64,000 nucleotides of DNA, taken from assembly GCA_038087875.1 (NCBI GenBank), contig JAXLNO010000655.1, forward strand, positions 186,001 to 250,000. The letters run 5' to 3'. Every line of letters starts with the position of its first letter. Position 1 is the first letter of the stretch. This DNA comes from Malacoraja senta (taxonomy: Eukaryota). Positions 25,935-38,728 of the stretch are shown here, piece after piece. The notes under the pieces were generated by a model. That model searched no databases. It was not told the origin of the DNA and saw only the letters and a program-made list of their open reading frames with translations. The position numbers and the translations under genes are program-made.

Positions 25935-27120
25935 GTGTGCGGTGTTGCGTTTTGGGTGGTCGAATGAAAGGGGAAGGTATATAGTTAATGACAAGACCCT
26001 TAACAGCACTGATGTGCAGAGGGATCCTGGGGTCCGGATCCACAGCTCCCAGAAAGTGGCAACACAAGTTAATAGAGTGATGTATATGGTATGCCTGCCT
26101 TCTTTGTTCCGGGGTATTGAGTGTAAGGGTCAGGAAGTTATGTTCCAGCATTATAGGACTTTGGCTAGGCCACATTTGGAGCAATAGACAATAGACAATA
26201 GGTGCAGGAGTAGGCCATTCAACCCTTTGAGCCAGCACCGCCATTCAATTTGATCATGGCTGATCATCCCCAATCAGTACCCCCATTCCTGCCTTCTCCC
26301 CATATCCCCTGACTCTGCTATTTTTAAGAGCCCTCTCTCTTGCTCTCTCTTGCAAGCATCTAGAGAACCTGCCTCCACTGCCCTCTGAGGCAGAGAATTC
26401 CACACTCGCCACTCTCTGTGAGAAAAAGTGTTTCCTCGTCTCCGTTCTAAATGGCTTACTCCTTATTCTGAAACGGTGGCCCCTGGTTCTGGACACCCCC
26501 AACACCGGGAACATGTTTCCTGCCTCCAGCGTGTCCAAACCCTTAACAATTTTATATGTTTCAATGAGATCCCCTCTCATCCTTCTAAACTCCAGAGTGT
26601 ACAAGCCCAGCTGTTCCATTCTCTCAGCATATGACAGTCCCGCCATCCCGGGAATTAACCTTGTAAACCTACGCTGCACTCCCTCAATAGCAAGAATGCA
26701 CTGAGTGAAGTTCTGGTTGCCCTAGTAAAGGAAGATCGTGCAGGCTTTGGAGAAGATGCAGAAGAGGTTCACCAGCGTGCTGCCTGGATTAGAGGGTATT
26801 AGCTATAAGGAGAGGTTGGGCTAATTAGGATACTTGGATTGTTTTCTCTGGAATGTCAGAGGCTGAGGGGAGACCTGATAGAAGTACATATAATTATGAG
26901 AGACATAGAGCAGACAGTTCGAACCTTTTTCCCAGGGTGGAAATGCCAAAGACTGGAGGGCATAGGTTCAAGGTGATTTAAAAGCGATGTGCAGGACAAG
27001 TATTTTTACACATAGTGGGTGCTTGGAGTAATGGGTGCCACAAATGGTGTTAAAAGCAGATATACTGTAAGTGGTGTTTAAGAGGCATTTAGAAAAGCAC
27101 GGGGATATGTAGGGGATGGT
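25935..27120 (+). mobile_element. Older CR1 fragment, split by a younger CR1
   Basis: 'VQRDPGVRIHSSQKVATQVNRV...YRTLARPHLE', continuing after 26698. Confidence 0.8.
26182..26697 (-). mobile_element. Young CR1 (HER1-like) 3' fragment
   Basis: 'QRRFTRLIPGMAGLSYAERMEQLGLYTLEFRRMRGDLIETYKIVKGLD' with a (tattgtc)n tail. Confidence 0.92.
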
Positions 27121-27329
27121 GGGATATGGATCACGTACAAGATCTTGGGATATGGATCACATACAAGATGGTGGGATATGGATCATGTACAAGCAGTGAA
27201 TATGGGTTTAACCCGACATTATCTTTGGCATGGGCACTGTGGGTCAAATGCTCTGTTCCAGCACTGTCCTGTTCCATGTTCTTGACAATCTGCCAGGAAT
27301 ACAAAGATGGCCATCCTTATCATCTGCAG

Positions 27330-27545
27330 GTAGACACTTAATGATGGAGTAACTCAGCAGGACAGGCAGCATCTCTGGAGAGAAGCAATGGGTGACGTTT
27401 CGGGTCGAGACCGTTCTTCTGAAGAAGGATCTCGACCCGAAACGTCACCCATTCCTTCTCTCCAGAGATGCTGCCTGTCCCGCTGAGTTACTCCAGCATT
27501 TTGTGTCTACCTTTGATTTAAACCAGCATCAACGGTTTTCCTACA
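27330..27545. mobile_element. Palindromic Penelope-like terminal repeat pair with hammerhead-like cores
   Basis: gggtgacgtttcgggtcgagaccgttcttc|tgaagaaggatctcgacccgaaacgtcaccc, with arms extending about 75 bp each side. Confidence 0.85.
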
Positions 27546-27961
27546 CTCCTTATCATCTGCCCGCTAATGTATTTGAACCTCCAAGATGTTTAGAAACAAT
27601 ACTCTCTCCAGCAGAAGTGCTCCTAGTTTTTTTCACAAGCTAGTTATCCTTGATAGCTTGCCTACATTAGTGAGTCTTGAATCCGAAGTAATTAACTACA
27701 TTTCTTCAGCGTCTATCAGGAAGTCACTGGCCTAGATTCATTTCATTTTAAGGCACTCAGACAGGAAGCTTTAGTCCTGGTGTCTGGGCTGTGATTTCGG
27801 ATTGATCTCCCAGGTGAAAATGCAGCGATAAAAGCTTTCACATCCGATTCCTTCCCTAATGTCAATACATGGTGACCACAAGAGGAACTCGGAGTTTATT
27901 GCAAAGCAACTGTGACACGGTTGTCGTCAAGAAAAGCCACACCGTACCGTTAGAAACGCAA

Positions 27962-28295
27962 GGTAGACAGATGGACAGAAAAGCTGAACGTAACTCAGCG
28001 GGTCAGGCAGCAGCTCAGGAGAAAAGGAATAGGTGATGTTTTGGGTCAAGACCCTTCTTCAGACTGAGAGTCAGTGTAAAGGGAAACGAGAGACATAGAC
28101 GGTGATATAGAGAGATATAGAACAAACTAACACCGTCTATATCTCTCATTTTCATTTCCCCTGACTCTCAGTCTGTAGAAGGGTCTCGACCCGAAACGTC
28201 ACACATTCCTTCTCTCCAGAGATGCTGCCTGACCGGGTGAGTTACTTTTATGTCTATCTTCGGTTTAAACCGGAATTGGCGGTTCCTTCCTACAC
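27962..28295. mobile_element. Inverted Penelope-like terminal repeat pair
   Basis: Minus copy 27962-28125 and plus copy 28130-28295. Confidence 0.8.
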
Positions 28296-28935
28296 ATTAG
28301 AAAGAAAGACTTGTCTAACTCCAGGAAGCATTTGGACTACTTACTGGGTACCACCTCAACCTCTCCACAGTCCACTCCATAGTCCAGCAGGGATACCTGC
28401 ATGAACATCATATAGGATTATACATTCATAAATTATTACATTAGGAGCAGAATTTGGCCATTCAATCATGGCTGATCTATCTCTCCCTCTCAACCCCATT
28501 CTCCTGCCTAGGACCCGCTCAGGACTCCAACCAACAAGAAGCCTCTTCACGATTAAAAGTGCAGAAATTGAATGATAAAAGCAGACCAGAATCAACACAC
28601 AAAGACGATATGCGTTTCATTGGGAATCTAAAGAGAAAGTTGTAACAAGGCGTGGCGACTTGGGATTTCAGACCGCGGCTGAACTCTCTGTGGTCTCGCC
28701 TCGTAGCATGGAGGTTGGTGTAAAATGTGGGTTTAGTTGACAGGCGTCTAGTCAAAGGAGACATCCCCCCCCCCCTACTCCAGGGGCCGACCTATGGCGC
28801 CGCGGCCGATTATCCCTGGACATGCACATCCCACACTGCCAAGCAGCAATTACACTCAGTCCTGCCGGATTTCGTTTTAACCGTTTCCTGATCGATTACG
28901 CCTGGAAACTCAAGAGCGTTCAACGCGGCTAATCT

Positions 28936-28938
<3 letters not shown>

Positions 28939-28980
<42 letters not shown>
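28939..28980 (+). repeat. (CA)n microsatellite
   Basis: About 21 AC units. Confidence 0.95.
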
Positions 28981-28982
<2 letters not shown>

Positions 28983-29243
28983 AAAGCAGCACCATAACCC
29001 CTGTCAAATTCCAATCTCAACGGGCTCAGTTAGTGCCCTTGTAACCATCTTTCGTCCCCTTTTTTAAGAAAATCGACTCTAACTTAAAGCACAACGAAAG
29101 CCTGCTTTCCTCCTCCCAATACAACCCTGACATGGTTGTTTTTTATGCAGTTTCCCATTTGGTAGAGAAAGTAGCGATTGACCTACATTTAAACAATGTC
29201 CACAGTCTATTTTAAGTACTGCTGTACAATTCCAAGAACCTAC

Positions 29244-29271
29244 AGTGTGTGTGTGTGTGTGTGTGTGTGTG
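29244..29271 (+). repeat. (TG)n microsatellite
   Basis: About 14 GT units. Confidence 0.95.
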
Positions 29272-29641
29272 GAGTATTTAACCGTGGTATCGCCAAGTCA
29301 ACTTCATGCGATATTTAAACGGGGAGAAATCCTGGCGGTGCGGTGAGATAGCGCTTGAATTCACTGCCATGTAAACTTTACGGAGCACACTTCTTAGCAA
29401 CCGCTCGGCCATGTGCTATAGTCAACTGAGAAACCGCCGCAAAGCGGGGGAAAGCACGCCCAGGTTGGGGGCGGTGGGTGGCGAGAGCTGGTGGTATCCG
29501 GCCTACGCTTCACCGCGGCTCGATGGGTAGTCGAGTAGTCGGTTCAAGTCGAGATCGTGCTCAGCGTCCCGCTTTTCTTAAAAGTCTGATAACTGACGCT
29601 TGAATTGGCCCCGACTGCTTGGAACAGCTGTGGGATTAGCT

Positions 29642-29841
29642 NNNNNNNNNNNNNNNNNNNNNNNNNNNNNNNNNNNNNNNNNNNNNNNNNNNNNNNNNNN
29701 NNNNNNNNNNNNNNNNNNNNNNNNNNNNNNNNNNNNNNNNNNNNNNNNNNNNNNNNNNNNNNNNNNNNNNNNNNNNNNNNNNNNNNNNNNNNNNNNNNNN
29801 NNNNNNNNNNNNNNNNNNNNNNNNNNNNNNNNNNNNNNNNN
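29642..29841. other. Assembly gap (200 N)
   Basis: Run of N. Confidence 1.
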
Positions 29842-30094
29842 CATAGAATTACTGTGAATGGGTGATCGGTGGTCTGCGTGGACTCGGTGAGCTGAAGAGC
29901 CTGTATCTTTCGACCAAAAATAAATACATTATCTAGCTATGATCACAATGCTTCTCATTGGAAGGTGTGCTGCATTCACCACATAGACATCAAAACATTT
30001 AATGTTCCATTGTATTTATAATTATGCTCCAGTTTCCTCCCACATTCCAAAGACTTGCAGGTCTGTAGGTTAATCAGCCACTGTAAATTGTCCC

Positions 30095-30600
30095 TCATGT
30101 GTCCCTGGTTGCCCAGCTACAAGTAGGGTGCCAGTAAGTTGTGAAGGGTGCAGAAGTGATTCACCATGAAGATACGTAGTCTTGGATGCTTGAGTTATAG
30201 GCAGAGGTAGGATAGGCTGGGGCTTTATCCTTTTGAGAATAGGAAGCTGAAGGTTGAACCGACTGAGGTGTACAAGATTGTGAGGGCCATGGATAATGTG
30301 AACACTCACATTCTTTTTCCCCGTAGTAGAGGATTCTAAATCTAGAGGGTGTAGACTTAAGGTGAGAAGGAAAAGATTTAAGAGGGACATCAAGGGCAGC
30401 TTAATCACTCAGAGGGATGAAGATACAATTACAACTTTTAAAAGGCTTTTGGACAGATATATGGATAGGAATGGTTTCGAGAGCAATGAGCCAATTGCAG
30501 GCAAATGGGACCAGCCCAATATACCAACTTGGTTGGAAAGGACAAGATGTGCCGATGGGCCTATTACCGTGCTGTACACCTCTATGGTTCTATGATTCTA
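30095..30600 (+). mobile_element. Degenerate CR1 3' fragment
   Basis: RFKRD...FKRLLDRYMDR and a CR1 tail. Confidence 0.8.
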
Positions 30601-30749
30601 AGTCACCAGGTCTGTCTTATATGCTTGGATTTTATGGTATAAACTGTGAGGAACAAATGGAAGACACTTGAAGTAAATGTTCCCTTGTGCTTAGGAACTG
30701 ATACTCTGCCCTTTCACATAACGCCTACCTGTACAATGGGTTAATCTTG

Positions 30750-30940
30750 TGGTAAGGATCTGCAGATGCTGGTTTAAACCGAAGATAGACACAAAATGCT
30801 AGAGCAACTCAGTGGGACAGGCAGCGTCTCTGGATAGAAGGAATGGGTGACGTTTCGGGTCTCGACCTGAAAAGGCACCCATTCCTTCTATCCAGAGATG
30901 CTGCTTGTGCCGTTGAGATACTCCAGCATTTTGTGTCTAT
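30750..30940. mobile_element. Palindromic Penelope-like terminal repeat pair
   Basis: atagacacaaaatgct...gaatgggtgacgtttcgggtctcgacctgaaa..cacccattcc...agcattttgtgtctat. Confidence 0.8.
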
Positions 30941-33900
30941 AATGGGTTAATCTCACAGCATTCCAAACGCACACCTCTGATCACACTTTAAATTACAAGA
31001 GAATGAAGAATTCAAATACAAACATCCTCTGAAAATGCTGTCCCCAGAAATTTGTTAACTCATAAAATATATATAAAACCATGTACTATTTTCAGCCTGA
31101 GCTGACTGCTCAATTGAGAAAATATGAGATTTGGCCACAAGCATTTCATTACTGATCAAGACACAAAGTGCTGGAGGAACACAGCGGGTCAGGCAGCATC
31201 TGGGGAGAGAAGTGGACAGTTGACATTATGGGGTGGGAATCTTCTTCAGACTGAGTCCTGACGTTGTCTAAAGGAGAGAAGGAATGAGGTGCGTTTCGGG
31301 TCGAGACCCTTCTTCAGACTGAAGGGACTCGACCCGAAATGTCACCCATTCCTTCTCTCCATAGATGCTGCCTCACCCGCTGAGTCACTCCAGCATTTTG
31401 TGTCTACCTTCGATTTTATCCAGCATCTGCAGTTCTTTTTCAAACACCCAAACGTTGTCCGTTTAATTCCCTCCATAGATGCTGCCTGACCTGCTGAGCT
31501 CCCCCAACAGTTCGATTTCAACCAGTATTCTCTTGAGTCTCCAAAAATACTTCTTATCTTGACTTAAAACAAAAAAAACAAAGCACTGGAGGAACTCAGC
31601 GGGTCAAGTAGCAACTGTGGATGGAATGGACTGGCAATGTTTCGGGTCAGGACCCTTGTTTAGATTGTTCAGACATTACATTTCTCATAGACACGTTCTT
31701 CAGTCTGATGAAGGGTCCCAACCCAAAATGTCACCTATCCTTTTCCTCCAGAGGGGTTGCCTGACCCGCTGAGTTACCCCAGCACTTTTTGTCCATCTTT
31801 GATATAAACCAGCATACAGTATGCAGTCCCTTGTTTCTACATTACATTCCTGATGTTGTTTTACCCTTATTTTCAAACGACTTTTGCTTTCCAAGACTTT
31901 TGGGAGTTTAAAATAGTCATTTTGATAAATTGGCCATTTCTTACCCATCTTCTCCCCTCCGGCTTTCTAAGCTTTACTTAAATACAGGTACACCACCGAT
32001 TAAACTGAAGTAAGGTAAAGCAAAGTAAACTGAATTAAATCCGGTCTTCAGCACAAGTTGTCAAATAAGAGCTTTCAGATTCACTGAATGTATGCCCAGA
32101 TGCATACTGAGCATAGAACATGGAAACAACACAAGAACAGCTCCTCGGCTCGCAAAGGCTTCACCTTTCCTTGATCATCTTGCTGGGTTTGATGTGTTCT
32201 TTTCATTTCTTTTATTCATTTGTTCTTTGTTCCTTTTCATATCTTTAGTTTCTCTCTCCCCTGACTCACAGTCTTCCGGAGGTGCCGCTGATAAGCCGAG
32301 GCCTGTGCGTTTGCGGGCCGGAGGTAGAGCCTAGCGAGTGGACGGAGCCCGCGGCTGGGGCCTGGGTCGACGGAGCCCGCGGCCGTGGCCTGGGTCGACG
32401 CCACTGACGCGTCCGGAGAGGACCCGGCAGCGTTGATGGAGAGGTCGGTGCGGCAGTCGATGGGGGCGTCGACTGATGGATGAGGACCGACCACGTGGAA
32501 GTGAGGACCAAAGATGAGGACGCCGGTCAAAGGAAAGGAACAAAGGAGGACCCAGTGTGTAGGATGGTGTTAATGTGCGGACTCGGTGAGCCAAAGGGCC
32601 TGTTTGCAAGCTGTATCTCTAAACTAAACTAAACTAGACTAGACTAAATATCACCTTCAGCCCGAACTGTAAGTATACCGTCCCTCATTCACTTGGTCGA
32701 AATCTTGCAAATCCTTACCACAAGGCAATGTAGAGCAACTGCCCCAACAGGGCCTGAAGCAGCCTCAGATGAAGGCACTGTAAAAGTAAGTCAAGCTTCA
32801 TTAAAAATCTAATCATAAATTAATTATATAATCAATTCAGATTGTGGTAGTATTTAAATATCTATTTGGTAATACATTTCTGACAAAATAATGTCACTTC
32901 ATTCTGACATTTACAATCAATGTTTTCAATTAGACTTGGGAGTTGCAAATCTGAGGCCAATTGATTTTCCATCAGGTTTGTTGTTTGATGTGATATCTTC
33001 TGTTGCTGTAACATGGGAGTGAACAGACTCAAGGATCAGAATACTATTGCCAGTCAATCCCTTTTTTCCACGACTTTCCTTACAATTAAGTCTGATTAAC
33101 TTAAGAAGGGTTGTTGGTCCTGTTGGAAATATATGTCTGAAGCTGCCATATTCCTTTGTCTATTTTAACAATCTGATTTAATTTGTATGTTCATAAATGA
33201 TAGGAGCAGAATTAGGCCGTTCTGGCCCATCAAGTCTACTCTGCCATTCAATCTTGGCTGATCTATCTTTCCTTCTTAACCCCATTCTTCTGCCTTCTCC
33301 CCTTAACCCCTGACACACATACTAAGAATCAGGAATATATCTATGTCTGCCTTAAACATATCCATTGCCTTGGCCTCCACAGCCTTCCGTGGCAGTGAAT
33401 TCCACAGATTCACCACCCTGAATCTGTTTATTGCGTAAAAGGAAAAAAAAGTGTGGATACTGAAAATCTGAAAGAAAGACCGGAAATGTTGGAAACACTT
33501 CAAAGGTTGGGCAGCATCTGTGAAGAATCATTTTAGATGGATGACTATTTTTCAGAATGAAAAAATGTAGAAATCAGGGTTGTTTAAACTTGCAGAGAAG
33601 TGGGAGAGGTGGAGAGACTGAAGGGTGTGTTTGTGATAGAGATATAGAGTCATACAGCATGGAAACAGGCCCTTCGGACCAACCTGTCTATGCTGATCAA
33701 GTTGCTCGATCCATTTGGTTGCATTTGGTTCATATCCTTCCTTCACAGATTTGAGAGTAGCCCTGGCTAGTTTGTGCATTGCATGTACAACCGTGATGGA
33801 GGGAATGGATGTTGAGGGTGAAAGGTATGGTCGCAGTCAAGCAGCCTGCTTTGTCCGATAAGCTTCTTGATTGTTGTTGGTGCTAAACTCAACCAGGCTA

Positions 33901-34021
33901 AGTAGAAAGTTGTCCATCACACACCTAACCTGTCCCTTGTACCTTCTGAATTTTGTAGTCGGCAGGGCAGTACTCTGCATATCGCCAACTTGAACAATTT
34001 TGCATTTTTATCAAGCTAATT

Positions 34022-34218
34022 AAACAAGCCAATTAACCTACGAACCTGTACGCCTTTGGAGTGTGGGAGGAAACCGAAGATCTCGGAGAAAACCCACGCA
34101 GATCACGGGGAGAATGTACAAACTCCATACAGGCAGCACCCGTAGTCGGGATCGAACCCGGGTCTCTGGCGCTGCATTTTGCTGTAAGGCAGCAACTCTA
34201 CCGCTGTGCCACCATGAC
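34022..34218 (-). mobile_element. HE1-type SINE (5' part)
   Basis: Reverse complement of the tRNA head and V-domain. Confidence 0.88.
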
Positions 34219-36459
34219 TGCGTAGACGGTGATAAGGCTTAAGGGGACATTGGGAGTTGGCTCACTCACCAAAGGTTACCCAAGCCTTTGACTCGGTTCC
34301 ACAGACGTAATATTTATGAAGTTGATCCAGTTGAGTTTCTGGTCAATGATGACTCCAAATATATTAATGGAACCGGACCCCTTACTCTCCAACCCCTTGC
34401 TCTCCCTGCAGGAAACACCTTGGGATTTAGTTCATCTGTGGCAGAGTGAGATTTGAAAACAAGGATGAGAATTTTAGAATTGATGTACAGTATCACCAAG
34501 ACCCAGTGTAACATGGGGAGCTCGGAATTGATAGCTTTACAAAGCTTAGTGAAAATTACAATATAAGTTCATAAATTCTAGGAGCAGAATAAGGCCATTT
34601 GGCCCATCAAGTTTACTCTGCTATTCAATCATGGCTGATCTATCTTTCCCTTTCAACTCAATTCTCCTGCTTCCTCCCCATAACTCCAGACACCCTTAGT
34701 AATCAAGAATCTGTCAATCTCCGCCTTACAAATATCCATTGACTTGGACTCCACAGCCCCTGTGGCAATGAATTCCACAGATTCACCACCCTCTGATTAA
34801 ATAAATTAATCCGCATCTCCTTTCTAAAGGTACATCCTTTTATTCTGAGGCTATTATAAGGGCAACAGATTTGTAAAATACCTCAAATCATTAATTTCTA
34901 TCAATTAGTGTTCAAATCTTCATTTGACTCCCAGCCTGAAGAACATTTTGTACATCTCAGCCACCATTTGTGTCAAAAAGTTTGGAACACATGGCAAGAG
35001 ATACTCTTGAGGTGGCAATGCGTCAAGGCCACTGGTATCCACGGCAACGAGTAGCAAGAGCTGGCACTTTACACTTGTTCCTGACACTCCGGATGTCAGC
35101 ACTAACATGGAAACTGTTCTGCCCACGACCGCAAGAGTTGTGAACACAGCGCAGAACATCACACCAACCAATCTCTCCCCCAGCATCTACTCGACATATA
35201 CCTCACGTTGCTTTGGGAAAGCAGCCAATGTAATCGATCACTCACAACCTGGTCATTCCCGTTTCTCCCCTCTCCTGTCGTGTTGAAGATACAAAAGCTT
35301 GAAAGCACCAGATTGAAGAATAGGTTCCTCCTGATATTATAAGACTCATATGCTACGGATGATCTTCCAATCTTCCTCATTGCCCCTTGCACTTTTTTAA
35401 CCTGCACTTTCCTTGTAGCTATAACACTATATTCCACACACGGTTTCTTTTCGCATTACCTGTTGCATTATTGCCTTCCCTCACCGTGGGAAACATTGAT
35501 TCAGCTGTGTGGGGATGTCCATGTTAAATTCTATTGTGTGTTGTGTTCTTTTTATTCATATGGCTGTATGGTAATTAATTACTCTTGTAATTCGACTCTT
35601 GAACAGACCTCTCATAAGCTAAAGGTGTAGTCCCGATCTCCCTACTTACCTCATTGTGACGCTTGTACTTTGTTTTAACCCGTACTTTCTCTGTGGCTGT
35701 AAAACTCTATTGCACAGTCCAGAACATAGAACATAAAACTGTGCATTTTGAGAATGGCTCCTTCGGCCAGCAATGTCTGTGCTGAAAATGACGCTATTAA
35801 ACTAATCTCTTCTGCCTGCACATGATCCATATCCCTCCTTTCCCTGCATATACCTGGATGCATATCTAAAAGTCTCTTAAACACCACTATCGTATCTGCC
35901 TCCATCTCCACACTGGCACCCACCACTCTGTGTAAAAAACATCTCCTTTAAACTTTCCGCCTATCTCTTTAAAACTATGCCCACTAGTCTTTGAGATTTC
36001 TACCCTGGGGGAAAAAAATGGTTTATTTATCTTTTTACTCTGCTCTACTTGTGTACTCTGCTCTGCTCTACTCGTGTACAGTTTGATTATACTCATGTCT
36101 GATACGATTTGACCGGTTAAGACGCAAAACAGTTTTTCACTGTATTCCAGTACATGTGACACCAATAAACCAATATCAATCAAGACCAAACTCAACGCCT
36201 TGGGATAGAACTTTCAGTCAAACCTTTGATAAAGTTTTGGTTCGCTGTGAGCTGTGCATTCTTGCTGGTGATGTAGAAAAGGGCCTTTGCAAACTTAGTT
36301 GATTTCTGTAAATAAATCACTTTTCCCAGCGGGAAAATGAGTTGATTTCAACCTCCATGGTCTACGGGAGTCCATAGACTTTAGATTGGTAACCATGGAG
36401 ATAATGAGTGATATTTTCGTTGATATGATATTGGTATTTAAATAGCACTGCAATTTCTT

Positions 36460-36610
36460 TCTGAGTAGCACTCTTGACACTGAGTCAGAAGCTCCTGAGA
36501 TCAAGTCCCACTTGAGCATAGATTCTCCTCTGGTACATCAGTTCCCGTGCTGGGAAATGCTGATCCACTGGATTACCATCTTTCAAGTGAGGTGGTAAAC
36601 AAAGGCTCCT
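36460..36610 (+). mobile_element. Ancient tRNA/Deu-domain SINE remnant (SacSINE1/AmnSINE-like)
   Basis: gtagcactcttgacactgagtcagaag...tcaagtcccacttgagca...tttcaagtgaggtggtaaacaaaggc resembles a DeuSINE head and core; heavily diverged. Confidence 0.5.
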
Positions 36611-36613
36611 GTT

Positions 36614-37095
36614 GTGGTGTAGCGGTAGAGTTGCTGCCTGACAGCGCCAGAGACCCGGGTTCGACCCTGACTATGGGTGCTTGTCTGTATGGAGCTTGTA
36701 CGTTCTCCCTGTGACCGTGTGGGTTTCCTTCGGGTGCTCCGGTTTCCTCCCACACTCCAAAGACGTACAGGTTTGTAGGCTAATTGGCTTGGTATGACTG
36801 ACAATTAGTTTAGTTTAGTTTAGAGAGAAATAGTGTAGAAGCAGGCCCTTCGGCCCATCAAGTCCATGCCAATCAGCGATGCCCATACACTAGCACTATC
36901 CAATGCACCAGGGATAATTTATAATCTTTACCAAAGCCAATTAACCTACAAACCTGTATGTCTTAGGAGTGTGGGTGGACACCAGAGGACCCGGGGAGAA
37001 CTTAAAAACTCCATACAGACAGCACACGTAGTCAGGATCAAACTCCAGCATCTGATGCTGTAAGGCAGCAACTCTACCGCTGTGCCATTGTGCCA
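36614..37095. mobile_element. Tail-to-tail pair of HE1 SINEs (plus 36614-36800, minus 36806-37095)
   Basis: tRNA heads at both outer ends. Confidence 0.85.
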
Positions 37096-37879
37096 CTCCT
37101 CAGCTGAGGGTTTATAGGAATGTAAGTTACCCCAGTAGGTAACTAGTGGACTCGATCATAATATGGTATGAACGTGGGATTAGGATTAATGGTGGTTGAT
37201 AGTTAGTATGGACACAAAGGCCTGAAGAGCTGTTTCTGTGTTGTATCTCTCTGTGACTCTAATTCATTTAACTGACTGCCAAGTGCTTTGGGATGTTCTG
37301 AGGTTGTTGAAAGCACAATATAAATGCAGGCTCTCTTTAAGCACTTATCCCCAGCTTAAAAAGCATGATTTGATCTGCTAAATGGTAGGAGTTTGCACTG
37401 GGACTAAACCGTGCATTGCCTTATACCACAAATGGAGCCATATAATGGTTCAGAAAACAATCCAGCACGTTCCTCAAAGAGTCATAGAGTGATACAGTGT
37501 GGAAACGGGCCTATCGGCCTAACTTGCCCACACCGGCCAACATGTCCCAGCTACACTAGACCAACCGGCCTGCGTTTGGTCCATATCTGTCCAAACCTCT
37601 TATCCATGGCCTGTCCAACTGTTTCTTAAATGGGATGGCCCCTGCTTCAACTACCTCCTCTGGCAGCTTGTTCCATACACCCACCGCCCTTTGTGTGAAA
37701 AAGTTACTCCTCAGATTCCTATTAAATCTTTTCCCTTTCACCATAAACCTATGTCCTCTGGTCCTCGATTCGCGTACTCTGGGCAAGAGACTCTGAATGC
37801 TGAATGTTTCTGTGGGATTTTACTGGGTTGACTCTTACTCTCCCCACACATTCCCCACTTCGACACAACTCCTGTGAGC

Positions 37880-38728
37880 TGCCTGTAAGCATTAGGTTCT
37901 ACTTCAGACCGCGGACCCGCCCAAAGGCTTGTCGGCCAGCAGCGCCTACCCGATGGCTCGGCAGACCGCGGAATTGGGAACTCTACCGAAGGGAACTCAT
38001 CAGACAGTGGAACTGGGAGGGAGCTGGAGACGTCGGACGCGAGGAGCAAGGGTTGGTAGGAGGATGAACCGAGGTAATGTCTCCAGCGCCCTCAAGGTCG
38101 GCCCCTGGGTCAAACAAATGGCCGGGCGAGGAGAGGAGAGAGAGGTCGGCTTGTGGGAACTGCTCCAGTACGTCGAGCGTGCGGGCCGACCCGACTTTTG
38201 GACTTTGGCGCCAAAACATGGTGGCGCCCGCATGTGTAATATATGCAAAAGGAATCTCACTGTGCAGTTGCCTTAACGGCCTGCCCCACTTAGCCTATTT
38301 TCTAGGCAACTACAGGTGACTAGGCTGTCACCACATGGTCGCCGGGATGTCGCCTGTATGGTCGTGAGTAGTCTCCTCAGTTGCCCAAAGAATCGTTGCG
38401 TCTTTCTGGTCACCTCTGGATTTTCAACATGTTGAAAAATTTTCGGAGACAGTCGGCAACAGTGGGTTTGACGCCAATGAGCGTAGCTTGACTTCTCCTG
38501 ACGTAGGTGCTGTCGTAGTTGTCGCCAGGTAATGTAGGTTGTCGCCGGTGCTGACTTCGTTTTTTGTTGTCGTTATAGTAATGATTCTATTTCAAATTTT
38601 ATGTCGAAGGGGGATCCAGTCGCCCGTTTTTTGGTGGCCTGCTACAACTATGACAGTCGCCGGCAGTCGCCTAAAAATAGCCGAAGTGGGACAAGCCCTT
38701 AAGTGACAAGTACCATTGAATCATTGAG
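37880..38728 (+). mobile_element. GC-rich non-coding retroposon with a Rex-type tail, split by a Harbinger MITE
   Basis: GC-rich body, then tail tatgcaaaaggaatctcactgtgcagttgcc|..|gtgacaagtaccattgaatcattga. Confidence 0.45.
38276..38699. mobile_element. PIF/Harbinger-type MITE
   Basis: TIRs acggcctgccccacttagcctattttctagg / cctaaaaatagccgaagtgggacaagccct, flanked by TTA/TAA. Confidence 0.82.

Larger units (their letters stand above)
28650..29641. promoter_or_regulatory. CpG-island-like unique sequence, possible promoter or first-exon region
   Basis: High CpG density relative to the rest of the window, no recognisable TE, and a GC-box-like ggggcgg at about 29467. Abuts the assembly gap. Confidence 0.5.

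Noticed and set aside
29578..29865. ORFs spanning X runs
   Set aside because: Artefacts of the N gap.
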